64,000 nucleotides of DNA from a virus, in IMG/VR virus record IMGVR_UViG_3300010413_000025, positions 3,192-67,191 of that record. One strand, given 5' to 3'. Below the pieces are notes generated by a model, which saw nothing but the letters and a program-made list of their open reading frames with translations, was not told where the DNA came from and did no database searches. Below are positions 55,179 to 64,000 of the stretch, piece by piece. Each line of letters starts with the position of its first letter. Position 1 is the first letter of the stretch. Position numbers and translations under genes: made by a program.

Positions 55179-58100
55179 TTATTCAGCCGTCGGAACGGTG
55201 CTTGTGAATGGTTCCATAACGCCCCACGCGTACAGTTCGCCGGTGGTGGTGTCTTGTATCCTGAAAAAGATCGGTCGACCCACCCGGTGAAAATGCAGGA
55301 TATTTACGTGGTGCCCAGCCCAGTTCGACGGGCTGCCGTTCTGCAAATTGTTGAAAATATATTGCGAATCTGGGGACGACAGGGAATAGTCGTGCACCAG
55401 CTGCGCAGGGGACCCATCATCGGACAGAATAAATAGCTTGCCCTGATCACCTGACCCCGTGCCTTCGTCGAACTGTGCGCCTACCGCGAACTTCAGTGTC
55501 AGGTTCGGGATCACCTGCGGACTTCCGGGCGAACCGGCCTTGAACACTTCAATGCCCGGCGACACGACTGTGCCGTACGGGATGCGACCCAAATATTTGT
55601 CTGGGGCATAGTCGGCGTCACTTACTAGCTGGAATTCATGAATGCACGCGTCGCGCGATTCCTGCCCCGGGCTGGTCAGGCGATGTTTCGCTAATATTTC
55701 GATGCGAAGCTGGGCGCCATTAGGCTGTAGAACCATCGCCATTAGATCATTAGGCGGAATGTTCTTGAGATAGTTGGTCGGATCATCGGCCGGGGTTTCA
55801 TATTCATAGATGAAATTCGGGCTGCCGATGTTCGGGCTTGAAATGTCGTACATGCGGATTATATAGGACAATCCGTCGCCTGCGTCGGTGGTGCCGGGAT
55901 TGAACGTGGTCCCGTCGCTGTTTTCACCCTTCACAGATTTTTGCGCGCCTAGTGTCCGCCAGTTCCGGCGTGTCCATGACACCTGCATATAGGACGACGT
56001 GGCGTACAGCGGCACCGATTTATTGTATCTACTGCTGCCTATTGTAATTTCATTCGGGCATAGCGGCGCGTTTACACGAAAGCCGTCATGGATTCGTGTC
56101 ACGTTCGTGATGGTGGCCGATCCCACGCCCAGCGCCCCGCTTTCCTGCGTCGACGGGCATATTTTCGCGGCCACGTAGAAGTTGTTCGTAAATTGTTCGG
56201 ACGAAATGCTGGCGCCGCCAAAAGATACGAACCAGACCAGCGAACCAGCGGGCCAGTCCTGCACGCGGGAATCAAGGGCGCCGCGCCAGCAATCGAACAG
56301 CCTAATGCCGGTAACTAGCGGGGACCCACCGACGCTTTCTACTGCCTGCGTGTACAGTATGAATTCACCAAAATCGCGCAGTTGATCCGGTGAATTCACA
56401 GTGGGCGGCGTTATGTATACCAGTGACAGCAGGTCGTCAATTTCACTTTCCGATAAGGCGTCCGCGTCGATCAAATCAGCCAGTGATTCACCGGGAAGCG
56501 GGTCCACATCATAATCGCCAGCCCCCTGCGTCGCGACGCTTCCGCTTAACGGGCCGGGCAAGGCTGACCGCAGCTGCCCCACCAGAACGAAGTTCGGATT
56601 CGTGCCGTTGTTTATGAATGTGCCAGTGATCGCACCGGACGCCGACGTTGCTTCATGCGTGTAAAGGTCGTATTCGTCGCCAGCGCCACCGGTAAGACGC
56701 GGCAAGGCTGTGATGCGCGGCGTTTTGTCCGGATTGTCCGGGTCTTGCAGCTGCATCAGTCGCGGCGTTTCGAATATCACTTGGTCTTCCGGGTCTTCGG
56801 CAGTAACTGTCTGCGTCGGTGCCGACCAGCTGCTGTCGATAGGGTCGTGGAAACTGGCCGCCTGCGTGGTGAACACGTCTTCAACTGCGTCGATGGTGAT
56901 TTTGTTATTCAGTAGTTCGCCGTAATTGACGCGCGTCGCGCGCATCAGCAGGTCGGTGATGCCGTACAAGTCCCACGACAGCAGGAACAGGTCGCCCGGC
57001 TTGATGGTGTACAGTTCGCGGTTCACTGTCAGGGTAGCTTTCGCCAGCGGCGTGGCCAGATTGCGCAGGTCCCGCCATGCGATGTAATTCGCAAGCGCGG
57101 CGTTCTTGACGCCCATAAAATTTTCGGTAACAGTGATGGGCGCGCCCTGAATGATTTTGTTCGCCATGTCCTGCGCCAGCCCGTAGCTTGTCGCGTAGTT
57201 CTTGCCGGGGTCAGCGTACTGAACCCGAACAATGTTTTTCGTTTCGGACCACGATCCACGGCTGAATTCGACTTTCTTGCAGTTGGTTTCGTCGATTGAC
57301 AGCAAAGACGACAGCGGGCTGGGAATATCCGCTTCGCGGATCAGTTTGAACGTGTACTGGCCGGTCGTGATGTCGCGCTGAAGAACGCCGTCGCACTGCC
57401 GTTCGATTTCCTGAATGATCTGTTCAGTTTTTTTCGGGTTATCCAGCAGCGCGGAAAATCCGTTTCCTTCCGCCGCCAGCGTAGCGCCCACAGCGGCCAG
57501 TGTCGTGGTGTCGATGTCGCCAGTCGACCGGGCCAGACCCCATTCGGTGTTCGTCAGGATTTCATACAGGACGTTCATCGGGTTCGCGTCAAAGTTATTT
57601 ATCAGCGCATCAGCGCCCAACGATAGGCCGTCGGGAATGCGGCGAACCACGAACTTGAACGGACGCAGCGACGGACTGTTGCCGATGTAAATTTGTTCCG
57701 CTACAAGGTACGCCGTCCCGCGATATGCGGGCAGGATGTCAGGGGAAAACGTCACGGCCCCTTCCAGATAGGTGCTTTTCACCTGCGTGCTACTGCCGGG
57801 AAACATGGTAAACGTGCCACTGATTCCGCCACTGTCCTGACCGAACAGGGTCGGTTCGTTGACTGTCACTGACCCGCTTGCGACCGCTGACAATGGGGAC
57901 GTATCGTAAATAGATTCGTCGTCGACAAGAATTTGCATCAGGCCGTCGTCGGCGCCAGTCATCGGACCACGGCAAAACGCGAACTGAATCCCGACGTAGT
58001 ATTTATAGCCGACCGTGACTTTCTTCGATGAAAACATGCCGGTTTTGATCTTTTCGCGAATGCGTTCCGTGCGCAGATCACCGTACCAGATAATATTCGG

Positions 58101-58274
58101 CGCCGACAGCTGGACCGTTCCCCACAGTAGTGGGACCACGCGCCCTTCAGTGGCGGTCGGAAAATTGAAATCGCCCAGTCCTGACGGCCGGGCGTTTTCG
58201 ACTTCGGGTTTCGGTGCGAACAGTTCGGAAAGAATGAACGACGCGACCCAGATCGCTAGATATACCCAAAACAT
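55179..58274 (-). CDS. Tail tip / central tail protein (Phage-tail_3-like)
   Basis: FPTATEGRVVPLLWGT, PAYRG, DANP..LYEILTNTEWGL; SP-rich C-terminal extension. Confidence 0.85.
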   Translation of the reverse strand: MFWVYLAIWVASFILSELFAPKPEVENARPSGLGDFNFPTATEGRVVPLLWGTVQLSAPNIIWYGDLRTERIREKIKTGMFSSKKVTVGYKYYVGIQFAFCRGPMTGADDGLMQILVDDESIYDTSPLSAVASGSVTVNEPTLFGQDSGGISGTFTMFPGSSTQVKSTYLEGAVTFSPDILPAYRGTAYLVAEQIYIGNSPSLRPFKFVVRRIPDGLSLGADALINNFDANPMNVLYEILTNTEWGLARSTGDIDTTTLAAVGATLAAEGNGFSALLDNPKKTEQIIQEIERQCDGVLQRDITTGQYTFKLIREADIPSPLSSLLSIDETNCKKVEFSRGSWSETKNIVRVQYADPGKNYATSYGLAQDMANKIIQGAPITVTENFMGVKNAALANYIAWRDLRNLATPLAKATLTVNRELYTIKPGDLFLLSWDLYGITDLLMRATRVNYGELLNNKITIDAVEDVFTTQAASFHDPIDSSWSAPTQTVTAEDPEDQVIFETPRLMQLQDPDNPDKTPRITALPRLTGGAGDEYDLYTHEATSASGAITGTFINNGTNPNFVLVGQLRSALPGPLSGSVATQGAGDYDVDPLPGESLADLIDADALSESEIDDLLSLVYITPPTVNSPDQLRDFGEFILYTQAVESVGGSPLVTGIRLFDCWRGALDSRVQDWPAGSLVWFVSFGGASISSEQFTNNFYVAAKICPSTQESGALGVGSATITNVTRIHDGFRVNAPLCPNEITIGSSRYNKSVPLYATSSYMQVSWTRRNWRTLGAQKSVKGENSDGTTFNPGTTDAGDGLSYIIRMYDISSPNIGSPNFIYEYETPADDPTNYLKNIPPNDLMAMVLQPNGAQLRIEILAKHRLTSPGQESRDACIHEFQLVSDADYAPDKYLGRIPYGTVVSPGIEVFKAGSPGSPQVIPNLTLKFAVGAQFDEGTGSGDQGKLFILSDDGSPAQLVHDYSLSSPDSQYIFNNLQNGSPSNWAGHHVNILHFHRVGRPIFFRIQDTTTGELYAWGVMEPFTSTVPTAE

Positions 58275-58276
58275 TT

Positions 58277-59098
58277 TTATTCCTTCGTCAGCTGTTGTTT
58301 GTTGAACGGGTTAATCGACGGCACGAACGGAAACCCGCCATAATTTAGCACATTATTGAACTTCTGCGCGCAGGTAGTCACGGAATGATCGCACCCCTGA
58401 TACGCGTACAGGGTGCCACCAGACACGTTTTGCTTGAACGGGTACAGGATGCGAACCTGCGTCCCTGACTGGTCGATGATCAAGCGCGATTCCGATCCGT
58501 CCGGCAGCGAAACATACCCACCGATGAACGGGGACCCGGTAGTTGGCAGCGCCTGAATGGTCAGCAACACGTCATCGGTTACGCCTAGCACCTTTCCGCT
58601 GTGCAGGTAGGACCCTTCAGACAGGCCGCAGCCGCTGTCGTACAGAATATGGTTGCACAACCCCTGAAAACTGAACCGTGGCATTTCCCGGGTGAACAGT
58701 TCGTTGTTCGGTATGCACCGCAATTCGCAGATTTCGTCCTTGAATGCGACACTGGCCACGTATCCCGCGAACATGATAATCGACGCGGTGGCCGGGACCG
58801 AATTCGGCTGGATGCGGTACACGGTCACGTTCATGATGTACGACGGTTGCACGGCGATGAAGTTCGTCGCAATTACGTCGTCGGTGGGAATCTTGATGGT
58901 GATCGAAGTCGACTTTTGTTCCTTCGCTTCCTGATATGCCGTGCGCTTTATGGCCACCGGCGTGTAGTCGACACCGCTGTATGTCACGGTCCCTTCGGAA
59001 CTGGTCCGACGGTAGGTCGTCCCCGAAATCTGGAATTCGTACAGTTCAATCGGGCGCGAATCTTCTATGCTGACTTCAAGCTGGTCTAAGGTACTCAT
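58277..59098 (-). CDS. Tail assembly protein (DUF2163/BR0599 type)
   Basis: PIELYEF, C..ILYD..CG, GCDH...C..KFNN..NYGGFPFVP. Confidence 0.85.
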   Translation of the reverse strand: MSTLDQLEVSIEDSRPIELYEFQISGTTYRRTSSEGTVTYSGVDYTPVAIKRTAYQEAKEQKSTSITIKIPTDDVIATNFIAVQPSYIMNVTVYRIQPNSVPATASIIMFAGYVASVAFKDEICELRCIPNNELFTREMPRFSFQGLCNHILYDSGCGLSEGSYLHSGKVLGVTDDVLLTIQALPTTGSPFIGGYVSLPDGSESRLIIDQSGTQVRILYPFKQNVSGGTLYAYQGCDHSVTTCAQKFNNVLNYGGFPFVPSINPFNKQQLTKE

Positions 59099-60978
59099 AC
59101 GTCATACGCCCCGCTAACCGGTACATTTATTTCGCTGTCGATCTGGTCGCCCATTAGATCGGTCCATTTATGTAACAGGTCCACGGTATCGCTGTCAAAT
59201 CGCGACTTGATCATGAACTGAATCGACAGGACGTTTGCGGCGGTGAAGTCCATCGGAAAGGTCGGCGAAACAGACAGCCGTTCCACATCGGTGGATACTT
59301 CAGTGCTGGAAACGATGTCTAAAAACATGTAAGTCTGACCGTCTTCCCAGTTGTGCGGACTGCCAATAGGAAACGGGCTGGCGACCGACGGCATGTTGTT
59401 CGGGTCAAACTGTATCACGATGGTGGTGTACGGTTCGCGCGACTTCATGAACTGCGTGTACCCGACGTTTGTCACGTCTATGGACCCTGACCCGACACTG
59501 ACGGCGGCCTGCAATTCCAAATCCTTGCCGAAAGTCGGCAAATAAAACGACGTTTGCTTGCCGTGCAGTGCATACAGCAGGTTCCGCACTTCCCAGCTTT
59601 TTTGTGCCGTTTCCACGTTCCAGCGTTTTTCGCTGGTGGGCGTCGACCTGTCTTCGGTGGACGACTGTGCAATTTCGCCGGTATCGCCGTCGATTCTGGT
59701 GATCTTTTTCCGGAAGTTTTCCCGAATTTCGTTGTCCATAAAGTTCAGGTCGTCGATCACAGTGCGGCCATTCCACGATTTGAACGCCGTCGCGTCTTCG
59801 GTAGCGCGCGCATCGTTGTCGACAGACAGGAACGACATTGTCACTTTTTGCTGTCCAGCTGGCAGGCGGGATCGCGCCACGCCATCGCTGACCACGCCCG
59901 GGACCACAGGGACCAGCACCGCCTGCCCGGCTGTATACGCGTTCTGAATGCCCGACGTGAACGTGACCTGCGCCGGGGACGCCGACACCGCGCTGATTTC
60001 CAGTGTGTCGGCAGTGCGATTCCCGTCCGCGTCGTATGCAATCAGAACCGCCAGACCGCCAACGCGGAATTCAGCAAAATCCGTCGACGTGATCGAAACC
60101 ACCGTGTCACTGATCACCGCATTAGCCGTCAGTAGTCGCGCATCCCACCACATCGGAACGCCGAAAACACGGCTGTGCCAGTCGAAAATAAACGAATTGA
60201 ATTCATTCCGATCATAATCGCGCGGCAGTAGTGCTTCGAATTCGATTTGCTGACGTGGAAACCGGCGAAGTGCCACGCGCTGTTCAGTGCCGTCGGCCGC
60301 CTTCATAATGTCGGTTTTCCATACCAGCCGTTCTTTGACGCTGCCAGTCGGCGAAAAACCGTACAAAATTATGCGCGTTCCGGTGATCGGAACGCTGACG
60401 CTAGTCGTGTCAAAGGCGAAGTCCAGTGTCCCGTTGATCGTAGGCGGACCCGACGGGGAAATTTGAACACTTACCACAAAAGACGTTTGCGCCACAATAG
60501 TTTTCGGTAAAGTGGGCAGGTTCAGGATAGTGATACCGCCGCCAGCATTGTTCGTGAATGTCGTCCATGTGCGGTCGTCAGTGCGGTAGGCACTGTACAG
60601 TTCAAGGTCCTTCAGAATGTTCGACACGACGTTGCCCAAGTCTAGCCGCTGCGGCTTAACGTGAATTCGTTCGAACCAGTCGAATCCGATCCCCTGCCCG
60701 TCGTATGGCGCCTTGCCTATATTCTTTTCGCGGGCGTGGCGGTTCCCCCGCTGCGTATTCGCAAACACGTCGACGATGTTCTGCGCACGAAGTTGTGTCG
60801 GCCGAAATACAGCGTTTGACACTTCAAACGGGCCAGACACATGCGGCAGGGGATCAGGGTAAGGTAGCACCATTGTTCCGGGCGCCACCTGTTTGACCTG
60901 TTGTGTCGGCCAGTGCGAAGTCGATTCCGCGAAAGTGATTCGCAGCGTCGACGAAAATGTGCCTTTGAATGTAGCCAT
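59095..60978 (-). CDS. Distal tail / virion structural protein
   Basis: ERL.WKTD.....GTEQR.ALR..PR; LYALHGKQ.SFYLPT. Confidence 0.75.
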   Translation of the reverse strand: MATFKGTFSSTLRITFAESTSHWPTQQVKQVAPGTMVLPYPDPLPHVSGPFEVSNAVFRPTQLRAQNIVDVFANTQRGNRHAREKNIGKAPYDGQGIGFDWFERIHVKPQRLDLGNVVSNILKDLELYSAYRTDDRTWTTFTNNAGGGITILNLPTLPKTIVAQTSFVVSVQISPSGPPTINGTLDFAFDTTSVSVPITGTRIILYGFSPTGSVKERLVWKTDIMKAADGTEQRVALRRFPRQQIEFEALLPRDYDRNEFNSFIFDWHSRVFGVPMWWDARLLTANAVISDTVVSITSTDFAEFRVGGLAVLIAYDADGNRTADTLEISAVSASPAQVTFTSGIQNAYTAGQAVLVPVVPGVVSDGVARSRLPAGQQKVTMSFLSVDNDARATEDATAFKSWNGRTVIDDLNFMDNEIRENFRKKITRIDGDTGEIAQSSTEDRSTPTSEKRWNVETAQKSWEVRNLLYALHGKQTSFYLPTFGKDLELQAAVSVGSGSIDVTNVGYTQFMKSREPYTTIVIQFDPNNMPSVASPFPIGSPHNWEDGQTYMFLDIVSSTEVSTDVERLSVSPTFPMDFTAANVLSIQFMIKSRFDSDTVDLLHKWTDLMGDQIDSEINVPVSGAYDV

Positions 60979-60979
60979 C

Positions 60980-61966
60980 TTAGGTCGTCACTTTTTTGTA
61001 CGCTACCCCGAAATTGTACGACTGTTCCTGATCATAGGATAACCCGTTGTTGCCTTTGCGCGTGATCGGGAAAACCACCCAAGTGTCAGCGCCTACCGTC
61101 ACTTCCTGCGCGGTAATTAGGCCGTACATGTTTATCCAGCGAATGTCGGGAACGTAACCCATTAAGGCGTAAGTGTCCGGCGCCACAAACGTGTTCGCGT
61201 AAAACAGGGGGATGGGGATCAGGGGCTTGAAGCCATTCAAGTCGCTGCTGCGATTAGCCATAAACTGCACGTGCGCGCCACCGCGCCAGCCGCCGGGCGC
61301 AAGTTGCCCTATCGCGTCGCCGTCATCGTCCGGCGTTGTGTATCCGCTGTAGTTGCGAAAATATTTCGTATTCGCATCGTATAGGCCAGTCATACCGGTG
61401 ACATGCAGTCCAGCGCCGCGAACCGTGCTGCTTAAATTCAGGCCGTCGAAGTGCGCTTGGTGCTGCGTGCTTGTTGGGTTGTCAATCGTCGATGCTGTCT
61501 GCTGCCAGTAGTGCGTGTAGGCGTACGCGCCACCTTTCAGGTCACCCAACAAAAACGCATTCCCGAAACCAAAATGCCGATATAGACCAGAACTTATTTC
61601 AACGACCACGTGGCAGTAGGTATCGTCTTCGAAAAAATGATACGACGGAAACGGCCCTGTCATGATGTTGCAGTATCGACAGGACGTGATCGTGCTGCTG
61701 GTAAATTCGCAAGCGGTCTGACTGGTCCATACCACGTCGCCGACATAGCCGCCGATCATAGCCACGCCCAAATATCCCGACGCGTTGTCCCACTGGACCT
61801 GTATCAAACGCGACATGGTTTCTGGCGATGTCGGTTTACTCCATACGGCGCGCCGGTTTGTCGCGTTGAACAAATTGTTCGTCCAGCCGGGCGTACCCGT
61901 CAGGAACGTGTTCAACTTCGACATTAAGTCGTCAAGGTCTGTCGCTGATCCGCTTTGATAACTCAT
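60980..61966 (-). CDS. Virion tail structural protein
   Basis: MSYQSGSATDLDDLMSKL...YRHFGFG...TWVVFP; ATG 61966. Confidence 0.75.
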   Translation of the reverse strand: MSYQSGSATDLDDLMSKLNTFLTGTPGWTNNLFNATNRRAVWSKPTSPETMSRLIQVQWDNASGYLGVAMIGGYVGDVVWTSQTACEFTSSTITSCRYCNIMTGPFPSYHFFEDDTYCHVVVEISSGLYRHFGFGNAFLLGDLKGGAYAYTHYWQQTASTIDNPTSTQHQAHFDGLNLSSTVRGAGLHVTGMTGLYDANTKYFRNYSGYTTPDDDGDAIGQLAPGGWRGGAHVQFMANRSSDLNGFKPLIPIPLFYANTFVAPDTYALMGYVPDIRWINMYGLITAQEVTVGADTWVVFPITRKGNNGLSYDQEQSYNFGVAYKKVTT

Positions 61967-61968
61967 GT

Positions 61969-63051
61969 TTAAGTGTCCCTTACTGCCATGAACGACCATG
62001 GGTCGGTTCGGTGTACGTTTTGGAAAATAAGATACCGCTGCGCTGGACTTACGCCGTAGTCCCATATTTCGTCTTCGGCGGTTATGCCGCCGTTGTTGTG
62101 CATCCAGTATATTCCGTCCAGTTCGCCCAGCATCTGATAACTTGGATCGTTCCAAAGAATCGACAGCGGCCACAGGGTTGTGATCGGGTCAGGGCTTCCG
62201 GGCGTCTGCACCAGATACGCGGTCGGCGTGCCGCCAGCACTCGTCGCATGGAATAGGTCGTAGAATGTTCGTGTCGTATCCGTGGTCCTGTCGTCCGTAT
62301 TGTATAGGGTGTAATTGTAAGAACATATCGGCCACATTTGCCGCTTGTATACTGCGCCGAAATTGGAACCAGTTCGATAGCCGTTTTTGATCGGGTACCA
62401 CTGACCATCGACAAATCGCACGTACAGACACGATTCACCAGTTCCCGGGACTTCGTCACTGTTACCCATCGGAATGGCGCCGGTGCTGAAGTCCAGTGAA
62501 TTGCTATTAAACGCAAACGTGTTCGTCCAGCTGCTACCCATGACAGCCAACGGATATGGGTACTCCGATTCCGTAGCGAATGGGTTAATGAACCCGGCGT
62601 ACATCCACTGGTAGGCGGTACCAGTCTTCACGACTATGATCACGCGGCGTTCGTTCGCCCAGAACCAATACGACATGGACGTGTTCTGCAAAGGGATGTA
62701 AACCGATTTGCTGGCGTCAGGCTGATCGGCGAACAGCACGGAACCTTCCGGGCTGCCGGGGCTAAATCCGGTGAAACCTTTCAGTGCCCAGCCATAAATA
62801 CTGCCGCCCGGGTCTTCATAAGACTGAATGCCGAAGTAGAAAAGCCGCGACGGGGACCCGCCGTTGCTGGCGTCCCCTTCAAAGATCATTTCCTGAACAT
62901 TCGGCGACGGATACACGACAGGGCTTCCCGCCGGGGTCGTATCGCGCACCGCCGTATATGGCGACGGCGACCCGACGGAACCCGTCAGGAAGTCCCGCAG
63001 GTGAATCATCAGGTCCAGATAATCAGTTGCTGTTCCAGTTGCTTTTGCCAT
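61969..63051 (-). CDS. Virion tail structural protein (SP-rich)
   Basis: MAKATGTATDYLDL...YPYPL.V.G...LGELDG; related to the downstream gene. Confidence 0.75.
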   Translation of the reverse strand: MAKATGTATDYLDLMIHLRDFLTGSVGSPSPYTAVRDTTPAGSPVVYPSPNVQEMIFEGDASNGGSPSRLFYFGIQSYEDPGGSIYGWALKGFTGFSPGSPEGSVLFADQPDASKSVYIPLQNTSMSYWFWANERRVIIVVKTGTAYQWMYAGFINPFATESEYPYPLAVMGSSWTNTFAFNSNSLDFSTGAIPMGNSDEVPGTGESCLYVRFVDGQWYPIKNGYRTGSNFGAVYKRQMWPICSYNYTLYNTDDRTTDTTRTFYDLFHATSAGGTPTAYLVQTPGSPDPITTLWPLSILWNDPSYQMLGELDGIYWMHNNGGITAEDEIWDYGVSPAQRYLIFQNVHRTDPWSFMAVRDT

Positions 63052-64000
63052 TAGCTTAATGCCCTTTTAACTGCGTCAGGATTCGTCTGAATCACGTTTA
63101 GAATCGCTTTTGTGCCCTGCGCGCTTTCGATTGCGCCGACCATAGACGCCGGGTCGACCACGTTCGTGATATTCACAGGAACGTCGACCTGCGGCGCCTG
63201 ACCGCCACCCATACCGCTGGTGGGAACCACTGTGCCGTCCTGTTTCGGAATGAACAGTTCCGGCTTTCCGGTTTCGCCCACCATGGCCGCCTGACCCGCC
63301 TGCAAGGGTCCGCCGTTTGCGCGCGCCGCGAAGGCACCCCCGATGCTTGTCAGAATGCTGCCGAATCCACCGCCAGCTGCACCGCCTGCCGCGCTGAAAA
63401 GTTTCTGCAATATCATATTCGACAGGGCTTCGGCTGCCATCTTCCGCAGCGAATCGGCGAATCCTTTCACCATGCCATCCAAACCGCCTTGGAACGGATT
63501 AAACAGAAAATCCGCGAAGGTGGACTGGATGTTGCGCGCCGCCTGTATGCCGAATTGTTCCATTGCTTTAGCGGCCGGGTCAAGTTTCTTTTTCGATTCA
63601 GCCAGATCGTCGTTCGCCTTCGTGACCGCACGACCGAAAGTTTCCGCGTTAATAGCGCCCTTGTTCAGCAGGTCCGTGTAATGGATTACGGTCGCGTTGT
63701 ATTCTTCCTGCGGCGTGCGCAGGGATTCCAGCAGGTCTTTCCCTTCCTGCATCAGTGCGATGCGCTTTTGTAGTTCGGGGTTCGCGGCGTTGTAAGCTTC
63801 GCCCGCCTTCGTGATCGCAGCCGCCGCCTGTTCTTCGCTGATCCGGTCGGACAGCAGCAGGGTATTGATCTTGTCCAGTTCCTTTTCGTACACGTACAGG
63901 GGGTCGACAGCGGCCTTCAGGGATTCCGCCTGCTGATCCAGCGCCTTCGCCAGCTTCGCCGCCGCCTTCGCTTCAGCGTCCAGTTCCGCCTGCGTCTTGC
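63051..64000 (-). CDS. Tape measure protein (5' part outside window)
   Basis: Ala-rich helical repeats; ARANGG...VGETGKPELFIP...NITNVVD C-terminus; frame open to the window end. Confidence 0.88.
   Translation of the reverse strand, partial: KTQAELDAEAKAAAKLAKALDQQAESLKAAVDPLYVYEKELDKINTLLLSDRISEEQAAAAITKAGEAYNAANPELQKRIALMQEGKDLLESLRTPQEEYNATVIHYTDLLNKGAINAETFGRAVTKANDDLAESKKKLDPAAKAMEQFGIQAARNIQSTFADFLFNPFQGGLDGMVKGFADSLRKMAAEALSNMILQKLFSAAGGAAGGGFGSILTSIGGAFAARANGGPLQAGQAAMVGETGKPELFIPKQDGTVVPTSGMGGGQAPQVDVPVNITNVVDPASMVGAIESAQGTKAILNVIQTNPDAVKRALS

Larger units (their letters stand above)
1..64000 (-). mobile_element. Siphovirus-like bacteriophage genome (near-complete, apparently lytic; tail and replication architecture reminiscent of YuA/M6-like and Chi-like phages)
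   Basis: Terminase, portal, capsid, neck, tail, lysis and replication genes are all on one strand with overlapping start/stop codons. No host genes or integrase. Tail tube runs off the left end and tape measure off the right end. Confidence 0.96.

Noticed and set aside
1-64000. Stop-codon reassignment or codon-level cause for GAG avoidance
   Set aside because: Genes translate intact with the standard code, and the depletion also affects CTC and non-coding frames

Overview
This is an almost complete (about 64 of an estimated 66-68 kb) genome of a tailed, siphovirus-like dsDNA phage of roughly 60% GC, opened inside the tail module. Essentially all real genes are on the minus strand. In transcription order (right to left) it carries: tape measure (partial) and tail-tip genes, GH108 endolysin/holin/spanins interleaved with nucleotide-metabolism genes, a replication module (SNF2 helicase, SSB-like protein, AEP primase, UvrD helicase), two clusters of small early genes, a ParB-like/Mom-like DNA-modification pair, a large glycosyl-/methyl-/sulfotransferase set around DNA polymerase A, terminase, portal, a split MuF, scaffold, capsid, neck and tail tube (partial). 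No integrase, tRNA or CRISPR array was seen. Spanins point to a Gram-negative host. The most unusual signals are: (1) Ser-Pro (often Gly-Ser-Pro) enrichment restricted to exterior virion proteins, alongside five glycosyltransferases (two Maf/flagellin-glycosylation-like) and tailoring enzymes, suggesting a sequon-directed virion O-glycosylation system; (2) eight repeated early promoters matching the flagellar sigma28 consensus, seven with an overlapping sigma70 promoter, interspersed with CsrA/RsmA-type CANGGAYG hairpins; (3) strand- and frame-independent avoidance of GAG/CTC; (4) a MuF head gene split in two, with a C-terminal zincin toxin-like domain. Functional calls are from motif recognition only; no searches were run.
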